DNA of 64,000 nucleotides, taken from assembly GCF_964194025.1 (NCBI RefSeq), contig NC_134476.1, positions 8,928,001 to 8,992,000 of the forward strand. The letters are read 5' to 3'. Both the position numbers and the translations under genes were made by a program. Below the pieces are notes generated by a model. It had not been told where the DNA came from. It was given only the letters and a program-made list of their open reading frames with translations, and ran no database searches. This document shows positions 36,581 through 48,940 of the stretch, in pieces. Each line of letters opens with the position of its first letter. Position 1 is the first letter of the stretch. The stretch comes from Convolutriloba macropyga. Taxonomy: Eukaryota.

Positions 36581-39500
36581 AACAAAGCGGCTCAGCAATG
36601 TGCGATCGCACAGAAGGTTCCGACCCCGCCCATCCACAATTTTGGCATAATTGTCTACCAAATGAGGAACAGATAGAAAATCCAAAAATTATTTTTTGGG
36701 AATCCCAAAAAACCCCAAGCATTTTTCAAAAAAATTGTGTATGAACGATAAGTTAGCCTCCAAAGCAAATAGCTCAGTGGAGTAAAAATTGAAGCATTAA
36801 ATTGCTGTGATATGCCAATATTAAGAAAGCGAGTCAAGACGAGCAAAATCAAACAACAACAACAACAACAACAAACATTAATTACATCAAAAAATTTTTT
36901 TCCGTTTTAAAAATTGAAATTTAACAACAAAGTCAACATACCGCCAGCTGAACCTAAAACTAAACAGAATAACTTATAAATCACCAGAAAAGATATGAAC
37001 CAGTCCATGAAAAGGTTTGGTAACAATTAGACAAAAAAGAACAAACAGTTAAGTTAAAAAAATCGATTATTTTTTTAGAACAAATAATTTCAAAGTAATT
37101 AAAACCATTAGAAATCAAGTAAAATATCCCAAAGGTTTAAGATTACCAATCTATAGAAGGGCATTAGGACCTGCCCTTATTCACTTCTTTAAGCGGCTAA
37201 AAAGAACAACAAAAAACAACAATTCAATTGAAACTTGCCAGAAAACGCTGTCAAAACCGTCAAGCCAAATTTCGGCCCTCAAAATATATTCGTTTGCGCC
37301 TTCTTCAAACACCGATAATTTAGTTTTTGGCTATTTATTAGTGAGACTAGGTAACAAGTAGACAAAAAACAGAAAAGGGCAAAAGTATGTAATAATTTTG
37401 ATTTTTCGAAAAAATTATATCCAAAGTCATGAAAAACATTAATTACAAAATGAAATCTTTAAATAGGGTCATTTATTCATCCAAAGAAATTCTTTGGGAC
37501 CTGCAATTATCCAGAATAATCCTTGCGTCTACAAAAAGAACGACAAACATACAAAAATCAAATTCATTTACTTTTTTTTGCGAAAAACATGTGTCGAAGT
37601 CCGTAAGGTCATAACGCATTCTTTAAAAAAATAGATTTTGGGACATCAATCCCTTTTGACACCTTCCCTTGCCACCCATAATGTCATATTTGACCTGTAA
37701 TTAACGAGATTAGGTACCAAAAATGAAAATAAAAAGAACATAGCTGGCAGATTGCCAGAAAATAGCCGCAATAGATTCGTAGATCGGCAGTCTAAAAAAA
37801 ACATTAAAAAAGACAGACCAAAAAAATTGTCTTTTCATTGAAGGCTGATCTGTTATATTTTGATTAGAAAAGTTATTGCTGCCTCTATTAACTGATCTCA
37901 AATAACCTTCATTTAGAGTGAAACACACCCATTTGACCTTATCTCTTTGAATTAAAGTAAATAAAAGTCAATTTCAAAGTGAGGAAGTCATTTTTGAGAG
38001 TGAGGTAAGTCAAGTGTGACCAAAAATTTAATCACGCGAATGAACAAAAAAACTGGCTCCACTAAGAGCGAAAAATGACGTCACGCATGCAATTCAGTTG
38101 AAATTGCATGAATAAATGGACAAAAAGTGGCTGTGACGTCATATGGTCGTAACAAAAATTATGACGACGAAATAAAAAAACCAAGAGAAGGCCAATAATA
38201 GCTCCAGCTAATGCTGTGCGGCTGTTAAAAAAACTTGCGAAGTTAAAAAGTTTTTTATTTTTAGTTTTAGAAAACGATTGTTTTCAAAGTCATGAAAGCT
38301 ATCAGCTATCTACTAATATCAGAATATCAGCTCACCCATTCTTCCATAAGAAGCCAGTGAAACCTATCACTATACAGGAAATTTCATAAACTGAAATGAC
38401 AAAGTAAAAATGACAGTAAAAGACAAAATTAAAAAATTCAATTAATTTCATGAAGAAAGTCGAGGCCCTTAAAACGGTATTCTATATCTTTAATGATTTT
38501 AATATGTTCAATTGAGTTTTATTTTGAACGCTAATAATGTCATATGAGAACTGTCAGTAATATGATAATGTGACTAGAAAACGTGAAAAACTGGCAAATT
38601 TCTAAAAACAAAAAAATCTAAAATCTATTAGTATCAAAGCCAGAAAACAATAACTTCAGGCTTAAAAACGCAATCGAGACTAAATTTCAAATCTGTAGAT
38701 TGAAGAAGAATTCTTTCTTTGCTGACACTAAGCTGCAAGTTAACCAAATTGAGAAAAAAACTGGAGGAAAAGTTCATTAAGCCATTACTAATTTAAAAAT
38801 CAATTATTTTTAAAAGTCGAAACTATCATAAACTTTCAAGTAAAAAAACTAAATGCATTAGCTTGGAGCTGCTTAGGAAGCCAATTGGACCTATCACTCC
38901 TGAGCTTTCATTTGATATGTTCTGTTCTTTATTATTAAAAAAAGGTCTTTTTTCAAAAAAACGACCGACTGATTGCAATCCGAATTCTTTTTGGATTGTA
39001 ACAGACCAAGATTGGCTTAAAACTAGCCCTGCTAATGCTTTTTGTCCGTTAGGAATTTTTAATTTTTCGAATATTGTAGATATAGTTAATTTATTTGAAA
39101 AATCAAAAAACATTCTGCATTTTTGATAATAAACGAGTAAAGCTAGCAAAAAACGGCAAAGTTTTAATTACAGAGCACTCTCAGCGGAAGTTGAAGTAGG
39201 AACAGCCCCCTTCTGAGTCTACAAAGATTGTATTAGTGTTGTTTGGGGGTGTAGTGCCGGCAAATTTAATCAAAGTGGACTAAAGTAGCTTATTTCGTGC
39301 TGTTTTTGATGAAACAGGCTGAATTTTGAAATATTTATCCAGAGTTTTTGGCCAAAAAAAATAAATCAGAATAATCAACAAGGCTTGTTTGTCTGTAAAA
39401 ATAAAATCAACTACACAATTCTTAAACATTTCAACAAATTTAAGCAAAATTGACGAAAATTTAGGCAAAAATTTCGGAAAATGTGAATAAAAACAACCTG

Positions 39501-39718
39501 AATTCACTCTACTTTTCTCAGAAGTTTAAACCTCGATAACTCCCTGTAGAAAGCGAAAATTAAACAAATCTTTTTAATTCCATATTCTACGATGGACGAG
39601 CTTTCTAATGATGCCAGACTCAACTCTCTATGATGAATATATCGATCGGCAAAAATTGACTGAACAAAAAAACCATTTGAGTACATAGTTCCTCCCCCCT
39701 CAAGAGGGGTCGGAACAA
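36581..39718 (-). mobile_element. HINE family C copy 1 (~3.1 kb, contains a nested family B copy)
   Basis: Minus strand 5' ttgttccgacccc + IR (cccctc-tt-gagggg); 3' ggggtcggaa + tgtgcg-at-cgcaca stem-loop + ...ctttgtt; body homologous to 41521-44626. Confidence 0.7.
37739..38226 (-). mobile_element. HINE family B copy nested in family C
   Basis: catagctggcagattgccagaaaatagccgc ... aatagctccagctaatgctgtgcggctgtt. Confidence 0.75.
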
Positions 39719-41520
39719 CAAGGCTAGTACTTTGGCTATTGGCTTAATTTTCCTCAGATAGCTAAGTTAGGAATTTCATAATAATTGATAATTTAAATTA
39801 TTAAAAACTACCTACAATGCTCCTTGCTTACAAAAGTTTCCACGTCGGAAAATTGAATTTGCTTTCACTAAGCGCAGAGGATTCAACAAAAAACTATTTT
39901 AAGTACAGTTCAGGTATCTTCAGTTCAGTCTCAAATAGTAGAATTGAGACTTGAAATAGTGTATTTGTGTGCAGGGCGGGGAGGTAAAAAGGGGTCAACT
40001 ATGAATATCTGTCAATCTTGAAAAGACGATCCTGAATTTCAATCGCGCAATATCTTATATAATTGTTTTATCAGCTTTAATAAATTATACCTCTCTAAAA
40101 TTCTTCATATCATTTCGTACAAAATCCAGGATTAAAAAATCTTCAGATTTTACAAGAAAAATAGAAAAATGGCTACAATACATCTTTTCTTGTTAGTTTA
40201 TTAATTTTTCTTGTAGTTTAAGTTCGTTTGAGAAGAGTACTCGTTGACCTAAGCCAGCCTGCACTAATTAATCAAAGAAAAATGATGCCTCAACATTTAG
40301 TTTGGTGAAACTCACGAGAAAATTGCCTCATTGAAAGAGCTTCGAAAACAATTATCGAGCAAAGCTTCGAATTCAATTTAAGCGCACTTTTGGAAATACA
40401 AGTGAAAACAATGGGACATATTCTGAGGAGCTAACATTTTTGAAATTGGATTGCAACTATTAAGCACTTGTTGTATACTTAGCTGGTATCTTTTGTATAT
40501 ATCATCGTTTACGAACAAAATCTAGCAAGTAAAGCAAAAAAATAGGAAAGCTATGAGACTATCATTCATTAAGCACTTTTGAATAATCTCCTATCATATT
40601 GTCAAGACCTCTTGCACCACTAACAATTAATGTTTATTGAGCTTGATAATATTTAGTTCTTCGATCGTAAATCAATCTCAGCAATTCTTGTGAATAATTT
40701 TAAGCAAAAATTTTAGTTTTTTAACTTCTATAATAGCTATCCTGTCAAAACCAACAAGTGGGGTTCCAACCAAGACAAAAAATTAGCCTGATTAAAAAAT
40801 TTTTAACAATTAAATAAATTTGAACTTCACATTTTTTACACTGGAACTGAGTTTTGAACAGACCGAAGGCAAAAGAAAACAAGCCATTGCCAACGGAAAA
40901 TCTAATCTCAAACAACGGACAGCAACTTTAGATTACAACCTAATTCTGCCGAAAAAACAAAAGGCACAGCCAAAACTCATAAGCATCAAAATCAAAATCC
41001 GGAATCGCATTAAAAAAGACCACGTCGTTTGAGAGCACTCACAAGTATGCGATTTATAAGTTTTTCAATAAAGAACCGTCAGATTGTTTTTCCCGTTTGA
41101 GGAAAAGGTATTTTAAACTCAAGTCATTCTGAAGACGTCTTGAAAATTTAACTTCAATCCAAACAGGCGCTAAGTTGTAACCGAGTATAATGGCACAGCA
41201 ACTAGATGTGCCATAGGATAAATATTTTTTTTAAAAAAACTACCATTTTAACCGGAATGCTTACAGAATTCATAATAAAGGAACCATTGAAAAATACTAC
41301 AATTAATTCTACGCGAAATCCATTAAGACTTCAACACTGAGCTAAGTAACTTTAAAACTGCAAATCATTTAACGCTTTCGCTTCTTAAATCAAAATGCTC
41401 CTTCCAAGTTAGCTTACATTACCTTTCTACGGTCGCACCTTCTTCCCCAAAAATTCACCGACCAGTTATAGTGACTAATGCAAACCATAGCGGATCAATT
41501 TTAAAACAACATTTAAATTG

Positions 41521-44500
41521 AACAAGGAGGCTCGTTTATGTGCGTTTGCACATAATCTTCCGACCCCGCTCAAGAAACTCTTGGTGTATCCATTTTAATG
41601 ACCGCTTTAAGCTCTAACCACTATATAAATGAAACAATAACTCATTAGGGGGCCGATGATACCTGCCATTAAGGAGAATAAGAGACAAGACAAACAACAA
41701 ACTCAATTAAAACATGGATTATTTACAACCAAAACCCAAATTCTATCTATTTTTTTCTTTAAAAAAAATGAAAAAGTCAAAATACCATTAGATAAAGTAA
41801 ACTAAACCAATTGACTTAAATTTCACCAGAAAAGATACGAGACCTGCCCTTACTGATAATAATTAACAAGTAGACAGTAAACAAAAAGAGGAAAATAAGA
41901 AAATACGTTTATACTTTTTGAAAACAATTAAATTCAAAGTCATGAAAGCAAATAGCTATGAACTGAAATCAATCATTGGTTTCGTTTGTACCTTCTAACA
42001 AAACTAATGAGACCTGTCATTATTCAGAATGTCATTCTCCTAAAAACTGCAAAAAAAAAAGAATAAATACTGGCAAAAATCAAAAAGTCACTTCAATTTT
42101 ACGAAGATACGGCGTCGAAGCCTATAAGATCAAAATCTATTCACTAAAAATACTGAAAAAAATTATTCCCTAAAACAATTATATAATCAATTGCACCGTA
42201 TATCACTGCAATTATTGTGTTATGCGACTTGTCATCAATTTGCCCTAAATGTGATGATCCGACAAGATCGCAAAAGAGAAACTCAAAAATTGGAAAATGA
42301 CAAAAAAGTAACTCCAATAAACCATAAATAAACTAAAGAAGCAGTAAGAACACTGCATTCAAGTTTTCTCGAAAAAAGTGCGATCTTTCTCTTTGCTGAG
42401 ACTACGTTAAAAAGATGCAGAAATAAGATTGAAATTGTCAAATGGTTATACTTGTTACTGCTTAGGAAGCCGACTGTGCAAGTTATTAGTGAAAGTAGGT
42501 CAAAACAGTACACATTAACACTGAATACAAGCAGATCTCAAAACTTGACCTGTCAATGATCGAATTTTGAATTGAAATCATTCTGGTCTGTAACTAACAT
42601 AACAAAACCAAAAGAGGCAAAATTATTTCAAAAATATACAGGGCCCCATTACAATCCGCTCAATTTCTGAACTATTGAATTCTACCACTAGAACAAAAGT
42701 GGTCGAGATCTCGATGCTTTTACATTACAAAAAACGTTCAAAATATTACCCAATTAGCCAATTTGACCAGAAATTCATTACATCAAAAATAAATGATGAA
42801 CTTTGGATACTTGAGCTATACTACCAAAAAACCATCATGTATCAACAGAAAGCATTAGATAAATTATTAAGGCTCCTTCGATGCCGAATTAGACATTGGA
42901 TTAATTAGACTGCCATAAGATTACAAAAAGAACATTAAACGAGGCAAAACTCAGAATTAAGAAAATTTACGAAAACAATTTGCCGATGCAAAAAAACTGA
43001 GTTTTTCTCATAAAACACAATATTGGTTCATTAGACCCTAATGGATTAGAGAAAAAACTCATATTAATTGCACCTTATCAATTGAACGAGAAATGACTCT
43101 TGTAGTTGGGAAAAAAATTGCAAAATATTTTTCAAAAAATACAGACCCAAAACACACTCCGAATCCTTTTTCATCGCAAAACTCAACGATGACAATAAAA
43201 CTTGCCTTGCTATAACTGCTCGGCTGCTAAAAACGAAATTGTTCTGAAAAATTTTGTAATAGCTTCTCGGCAAACGAAAATCTTAATGTTTCCAAAAAAA
43301 AAACAATGTTATTTCCATAAGACTACAAAAAGAACATCAAATGCTGGTAAAACTCAAGAATTAGGTAACAACTTAAAGAATAAACGAAAACAATTTGCCA
43401 GCCATAAAAACCATGAGATTCACTCATAGAACACAACATGGTTTCATTGTAAATTGGTGGAACATAGAAAGACCTCTTATTAAATGAAGCTTTAATTAAA
43501 AAAAAATTTAAATTGGATGAAAAATGCAAACATTTCAAAAATGACAGACCCAAAATACATAACCGACTAACGTCGGGTGAATTGCTTTCAAATGACCGGT
43601 GAGTGGTGGACTTCCTCAATGGCGTTTTAGTGAGGCTAGCTTTAGTATAATTGAAGGGGTGTGAGGTGAGTGCCGTGGAGGGGTGGGGGGGGGGGGGGGG
43701 TGTTGATGAGAGATGGAGGGATCACTTCTCAACGGCCTGGACGATGAGCAGGGTAGGGGATTGGGGGAGTGAAGTGAGGGGGTCTGATACGGGAGAGAGG
43801 GCAAGGTGGGGTAGGGCGTGGTGGGTCCAACTCTAAGAACCGCCCTTCACACCATGAGCATACGTCTCAAAAACAGTTTCTGCGAAATCGCATGCTAGGA
43901 GACTTGCGAGCTGAAAGGTTCTAAGATAACTTAATGGCCTCCGCGCTTTACCAGTTATCCCGTTGTTGAGGGCGATACAAAAAGGGCGACCAACAGGATT
44001 AATATAATTGCTACAAACTTCGTTTGAGAGCAAATAATCAGAATCCTTTTTCATTGCAAAAATCAACAATGAGACCTAAATTGGCCTTGCTATCGCTGCC
44101 GGTTGTTAAAAACTCATTTGCTCTTAGAAACTTGAAGTACAATTAGCCCATATCTGAATAAAAAAAGAATGTGTCAGCAGTTTTCATGTCTGCACCACCG
44201 GTCAAACTAAACAAAGTGGAAGAAATAGGCATACTTGATGCCATTTTTTTATTTAGCAAAAAGAAAATGCTGAATTTTCAAAAATTTAGCCCAAAAATTT
44301 TGCCAAAACGCTTGGTTCAAACTATTCATCAACTTTCTTCTATCTTTTAACAAATTTTTAGCAGAAACTCATTAAAATTAAAGCAAAATTTACGAAAAAT
44401 TGGAACAAAACAACGGAAGTTAGGCCCACGTTCACATTTCTTTAAGCCTCCGTAACTCGCCGGAAGTAAAAATTAAAAAAATCTTTAATTTGAAGTTCGG

Positions 44501-44626
44501 CGCTTAACACGCTTTCTAATGATACCACTCACAATCCCGTACGATGAATATATCTATCGGCGAAAATTGACTGAACAAAAAATACAGTAGCGTATATAGT
44601 TCCTCTCCCACTAAAGTGGGTCAGAA
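41521..44626 (-). mobile_element. HINE family C copy 2 (~3.1 kb)
   Basis: aacaaggagg...tatgtgc-gttt-gcacata-atcttccgacccc at the left; tagttcctctcccactaaagtgggtcagaa at the right; 44270-44626 aligns with 39320-39718. Confidence 0.7.
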
Positions 44627-45980
44627 AAAATATACATATTTGAATAGCAGCGCACTTTCCATTAGACTTTTATTAACTGTTGCCAACTAAGATAAGCTAC
44701 TTTGAACTCTAAATGAGAGCCATTTAACCACAAAATTGAAACGTCAAAAGTCACTCGCAATAAGGTTCCACGAAAAATCGATAGGACGAAAATAGAATTA
44801 AAAACCCTACAAACGTTGTTTGAGAGAACTTAAAAATTTGATTTCATCAATAACAGAAACCTTACAGAAACCATTAAGAATTTTCTATTGCATACAATCT
44901 TCCAAGCAAGCGATCGTACCCTAATAATGATCATTATTCACACTAATGATTAGTTAATTAATGTTACGCTGAGCAAGCAATTATCAATCGAACAAAATAA
45001 AAAGTGGGCTGTTCGTACGGTAAAGGAAACCGCGTCATCGACATTTAGGCAAATACTTTTGCCTAACCTTGCATTTGGATTTTTTAACCAGTCAACACTC
45101 TGATAAAAGTATTAAAATCACGTTCTAAAATCATGTCCATTCCTACCCGCAGACTGTTCATTTGTTTTTTTTATGTTAATCAACAGTTACTTCTGAAGGG
45201 AATCTTTTTAGAAGTAGTCAAATTGCACACTTAAAGCAATAAAACGAACATAGATCTGATACGCATTGAGTTCTATTGGCGTATCAAAAGTCAATTTGAC
45301 TACATCTGAACAACTGAAGAATACTGCCATTAATTTTACACGAAATCCAGTAAGACTGTAACACTATGAGCTAACGACGAACATTTTCCCCTTGTAATTC
45401 TGGCCATAAAATTTTTCCTTCCAACATCTCGCAAAATTCAGATAGAACAAATTGAGTAAATATTGAATTAAAGACTAGAAAAATAAATTTTCAATATCAA
45501 AGATGAACATCTGATTAATTGAGCACCTCGATGAAGCAAATTCTTCATTTAAAGAATTGTCATCGACTATCGTATTGACCAAAAGCTGATCACTAAAAGT
45601 TTTAAAGCGGATGTAATTTTGGTAGGCCTTTGGGCAATTTCATCAAATTCGTTTTTTTTTGTCTATTAACCCTTTATCGAACCCAAAAATTTATGGACAT
45701 CTTAAAACTACTGATCATATTTCGGCAACTTTTTCCTTCCCCGGAAAAAATGGGGGTTAAGTGCGGTGGGTGGGAATTAGAGATTCACAACACAATTCGA
45801 GGAACTATTCTGTCTCACTTAGTGTGCTTTCAACTTTTAGCCTCCCACGCACACAAGACTTCTTTACACAGCAAGGTGCAATGGATATAGTGGTCATAAC
45901 GGCACAAAGGCGGTGGGAAAGGGTGGAGTGGGTTGATGGGAGGGCAGTAGAGATCCAATTTCACAAAGAAATCATAGAGT

Positions 45981-46193
45981 TCAAGCATAGAGTTCCATAT
46001 CACGGACTGCCTTCTTCTTCATAGCATGGAAATACACAGATGGAAGCAGCATTCGACCGTATGGGATCAAACAGTGATACCAGGGAGCAATGCACACATC
46101 CTTCTGGTCAGTGGCGAATGCTTCCACAGATCGCCTGGCACATTCGACTGGACTCATTCCACGGGCGATTGTTTTGTCCACTTTACCATACGA
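45981..46193 (-). CDS. DHRS7B: DHRS7B-like SDR, last coding exon (SYGKVDKTIARGMSPVECARRSVEAF...ELYA*)
   Basis: ttttcag| acceptor, phase 0, TGA stop; resembles the DHRS7B C-terminus (YG.MD.T...G.SP.E.A). Confidence 0.9.
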   Translation of the reverse strand, partial: SYGKVDKTIARGMSPVECARRSVEAFATDQKDVCIAPWYHCLIPYGRMLLPSVYFHAMKKKAVRDMELYA

Positions 46194-46373
46194 CTGAAAA
46201 CATGAAAAAGGCTGTTACATGAAATTCATAATTTTGTCATCGGGGAAAAACTTTAGAGGAAATGTTTCCCATTGCGAACAAACTCGAAGCAAATTTTTGT
46301 CCTTTATATTGAACTGAAAGGTGGGATTTCCCATTACACTTTACATTAAGTAAAAAGGTGTGCAATAATTAAC

Positions 46374-47760
46374 CATACCCGGCAAATTGCAGGAAAATAG
46401 CCGCCATTAATTCCCATAACCTCAATTGGGATAGAAAGAACAAAAAATGAAAAACAAATATGATTTTTGCTTAAAAAAACATTTTAAAGGTTTGAACTAC
46501 TTTGATGTTATTTTGCTGTTAGGCATACTCCTGGTTCTTATTGAGAAGATACATGGTCTAGTATCCATACCCATAAACATTAGAGATGGCAACTAAGACT
46601 TATAAAAAGACAACGACTAACGCCAGGTAAATTGCTATCAGCACCTGCTCTTTTCAGCACTACGATAAAACGAAAAAAAATAATCGACGATAAAAAGCAG
46701 GCGCTAACACAAAGAATTTTAATTGACTAAACAAAAACTCGACCAAGAATGCAATATGAATGGATTGAAAAACCATTTAAATCAGATCCAAAAAATGAAA
46801 TCATAGCCGGCAGATTGCTGGAATAGCAGCGAAAGAATAGACTAGCGTGCCGTATAATGGAGATAAAAACAGATGCAGATATAAGTTGAAAAAGTTATCG
46901 ACGCCGCTCAAAAAGCTATGTAAAAAATTCGGCAATAAATTAATAAAGCTTGTTAAAATTCATTGCGCAGAAGCCATTTTATTAGGGACCTTTATTACAC
47001 AGATGAGTTCATTTGACCTTAAACTTATTCAAAATTAACTTAAATTTTAAAAGGCAAAAGTCATTTTATTGGGTGAGGTAAGTCACTTATGATCAAAATC
47101 TAATCACGCAAAAAAATTTTGCTAGCGAGAGTGAAATGACTTCACGCGCGCAAATGCGATTAGTGAGAGGAAGAGGGTTAGTTTTCGCAGCTATAAAAAC
47201 AGTTCAAAATTGAAGTCAAAATGCCGCATGAGAACAAAAAACCACTCGCGAGAAAGCGAATTTTTGTTTCAGCTCTGCTTTCGCACTCTGCTAGAAAAAA
47301 GAGCAACAAAATTGTACGCCTAAAAATCACATGCGTTTCCGCTCCACTTCCTATTTTGGTATGACCAAGTACTCATTACTTCAATTTGTCTTCAAAAATC
47401 ATGAAAATGTGCAAACATTTTAAAAAGACAGCGACCCAATACAATTCAAATTCTTTGATTTGAAAAAAAGCAAGTTTTTGGAAAAACCATGTAAAATCCG
47501 ATTAATAAAAATGAAAAACCAGTTAAATGGAGGCCGAATTGCTGCATGTGAACAAAAAAAAACAAGAGAGAAAATTAATTTTATATTTGCTCAGACACAG
47601 TTTTCTGACTCTAGTTTGAAATTTGAGTGAGAGAAATTAACGCCGCAAAACACTCGCCTTTTCCCTCTACTTCCTGTTTCGGCTTGACCAAAATTCTCAC
47701 TTCAATTAGACTTTAAAAATAATCAAAATGTGTGAACAAATCTTTAGGAAAAGGACAAGT
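46374..47760 (-). mobile_element. HINE family B 3' portion in DHRS7B intron 2
   Basis: catacccggcaaattgcaggaaaatagccgcc terminus; body matches 33028ff and 6360-6730, with a tandemly repeated module. Confidence 0.7.
46802..47194 (-). mobile_element. HINE family A short copy nested in family B
   Basis: Close match to 5865-6250 and ends ttcgcagctat; flanks rejoin into the module seen intact at 6430-6495. Confidence 0.8.
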
Positions 47761-47801
47761 GCCTTGCTAATAATATTTAATGCCGATAAAGTGACGCTAA
47801 C

Positions 47802-47988
47802 CTCTCCAGAGCCAGTGGCTGAATTAAGCGATATGTCAGTTCGGACGTATCCGGGGCTGAGAAGACAGACTGATATGTTACTTCGCCATTCGATCTCTGC
47901 CCGCAAGGAATCGTAGAAAGCTTGGCACGCATGTTTAGATGCAGCGTATCCTGACCGAAATGGAAGCGCAATTTTTCCCTGAAGAGAA
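47802..47988 (-). CDS. DHRS7B: DHRS7B-like SDR, catalytic exon ((S)SLQGKIALPFRSGYAASKHA...SPGYVRTDISLNSATGSGE)
   Basis: tgttttag| acceptor and gag|gttagc donor; phase 2 to 0; YxxxK active-site motif YAASK. Confidence 0.92.
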
Positions 47989-48335
47989 CTAAAACAAACA
48001 GCAGTTCCATTACAAATTCGAGACAAAAGCTGTTCAATGCGCACCCCATTTTAGATCAAGTTAAGTCTCTATTCTTTCAGCCAAAAACCATAGTAACAGT
48101 TTAATGAATTTCAAGGTACTTTATGCTGTCGTATATTATTTACAAAAGCTTGAATGGGTGATCCCATTTTATTTCCACTGCAAATTGGACCCGCTTGAAA
48201 TTAAAAAATCATGGCAATGTGTCAACAGATCTTAAAAAAGAAATAAAAAATAGCAGTTGAAAGACTGACGGCGGCTATTAATTAACTTTAAGCCCCTAAG
48301 CATCTAAGCATATCTGTGCTACTGGAAATAAACAA

Positions 48336-48728
48336 AATATCCGGTAGATTGCCTGAACACAGATGCCTCTGATTTCCATTATCCCCGTTGGATGAAACAA
48401 GAACAGAAAGAAATTCACTGATGCAAAAAGTTTTTAAAAGCGCACTATTTTGATTGGATTCCGTAGCTAGGTATAGTCCTTTTCCTTAATGATAGGATAC
48501 AGGGACTAGACTCATTATCAATAAACAATTGCTTTGCTGAGCAACTGCTGCTTAAAATCAATTTTAGCAGAATGCGCGATAAAGTAAATTAGCTAGGAGA
48601 AGTCAAAGAGATTTCATGCTAAAGGTCTAAAAAAGCCGCACAATCGGGGTAAAGCGAAATTAATGTTGTTGGACGGAGTCAAAAAAAAACAGGGCTTATA
48701 TTAGCCTACTGAAATCACGCCAGCTATT
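48336..48728 (-). mobile_element. HINE family B degenerate copy
   Basis: tatccggtagattgcctg terminus; body matches 33028-33563; ends ccagctatt. Confidence 0.65.
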
Positions 48729-48776
48729 AACGCCGTAAGCAACCTTCAACGCCAGCTACCGTTAACGAACTACTGG

Positions 48777-48940
48777 ATCTATTTTGTTTTGGCCCCCCCA
48801 GCTTAGTGAGGTATAAATCTTTTATGACCCCCAGGCGCACGTGCTATTTTCTTTGATAGTAACGTGCTATATAACATATAATTTGTAACTGGGGGTCATA
48901 AAAAAGACGGGGGGGGGGGGGGGCAAAACAGAATAGCTCC
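48777..48940. mobile_element. MITE (GGATCTATT family)
   Basis: ggatctattttgttttg / caaaacagaatagctcc TIRs; inner IR ttttatgaccccca / tgggggtcataaaa. Confidence 0.75.

Noticed and set aside
39172-41488. Candidate upstream gene B exons (~41418-41488, ~39833-39868, ~39172-39222)
   Set aside because: Splice-like signals are present, but no unique phase-consistent chain could be built and one candidate lies inside a repeat.
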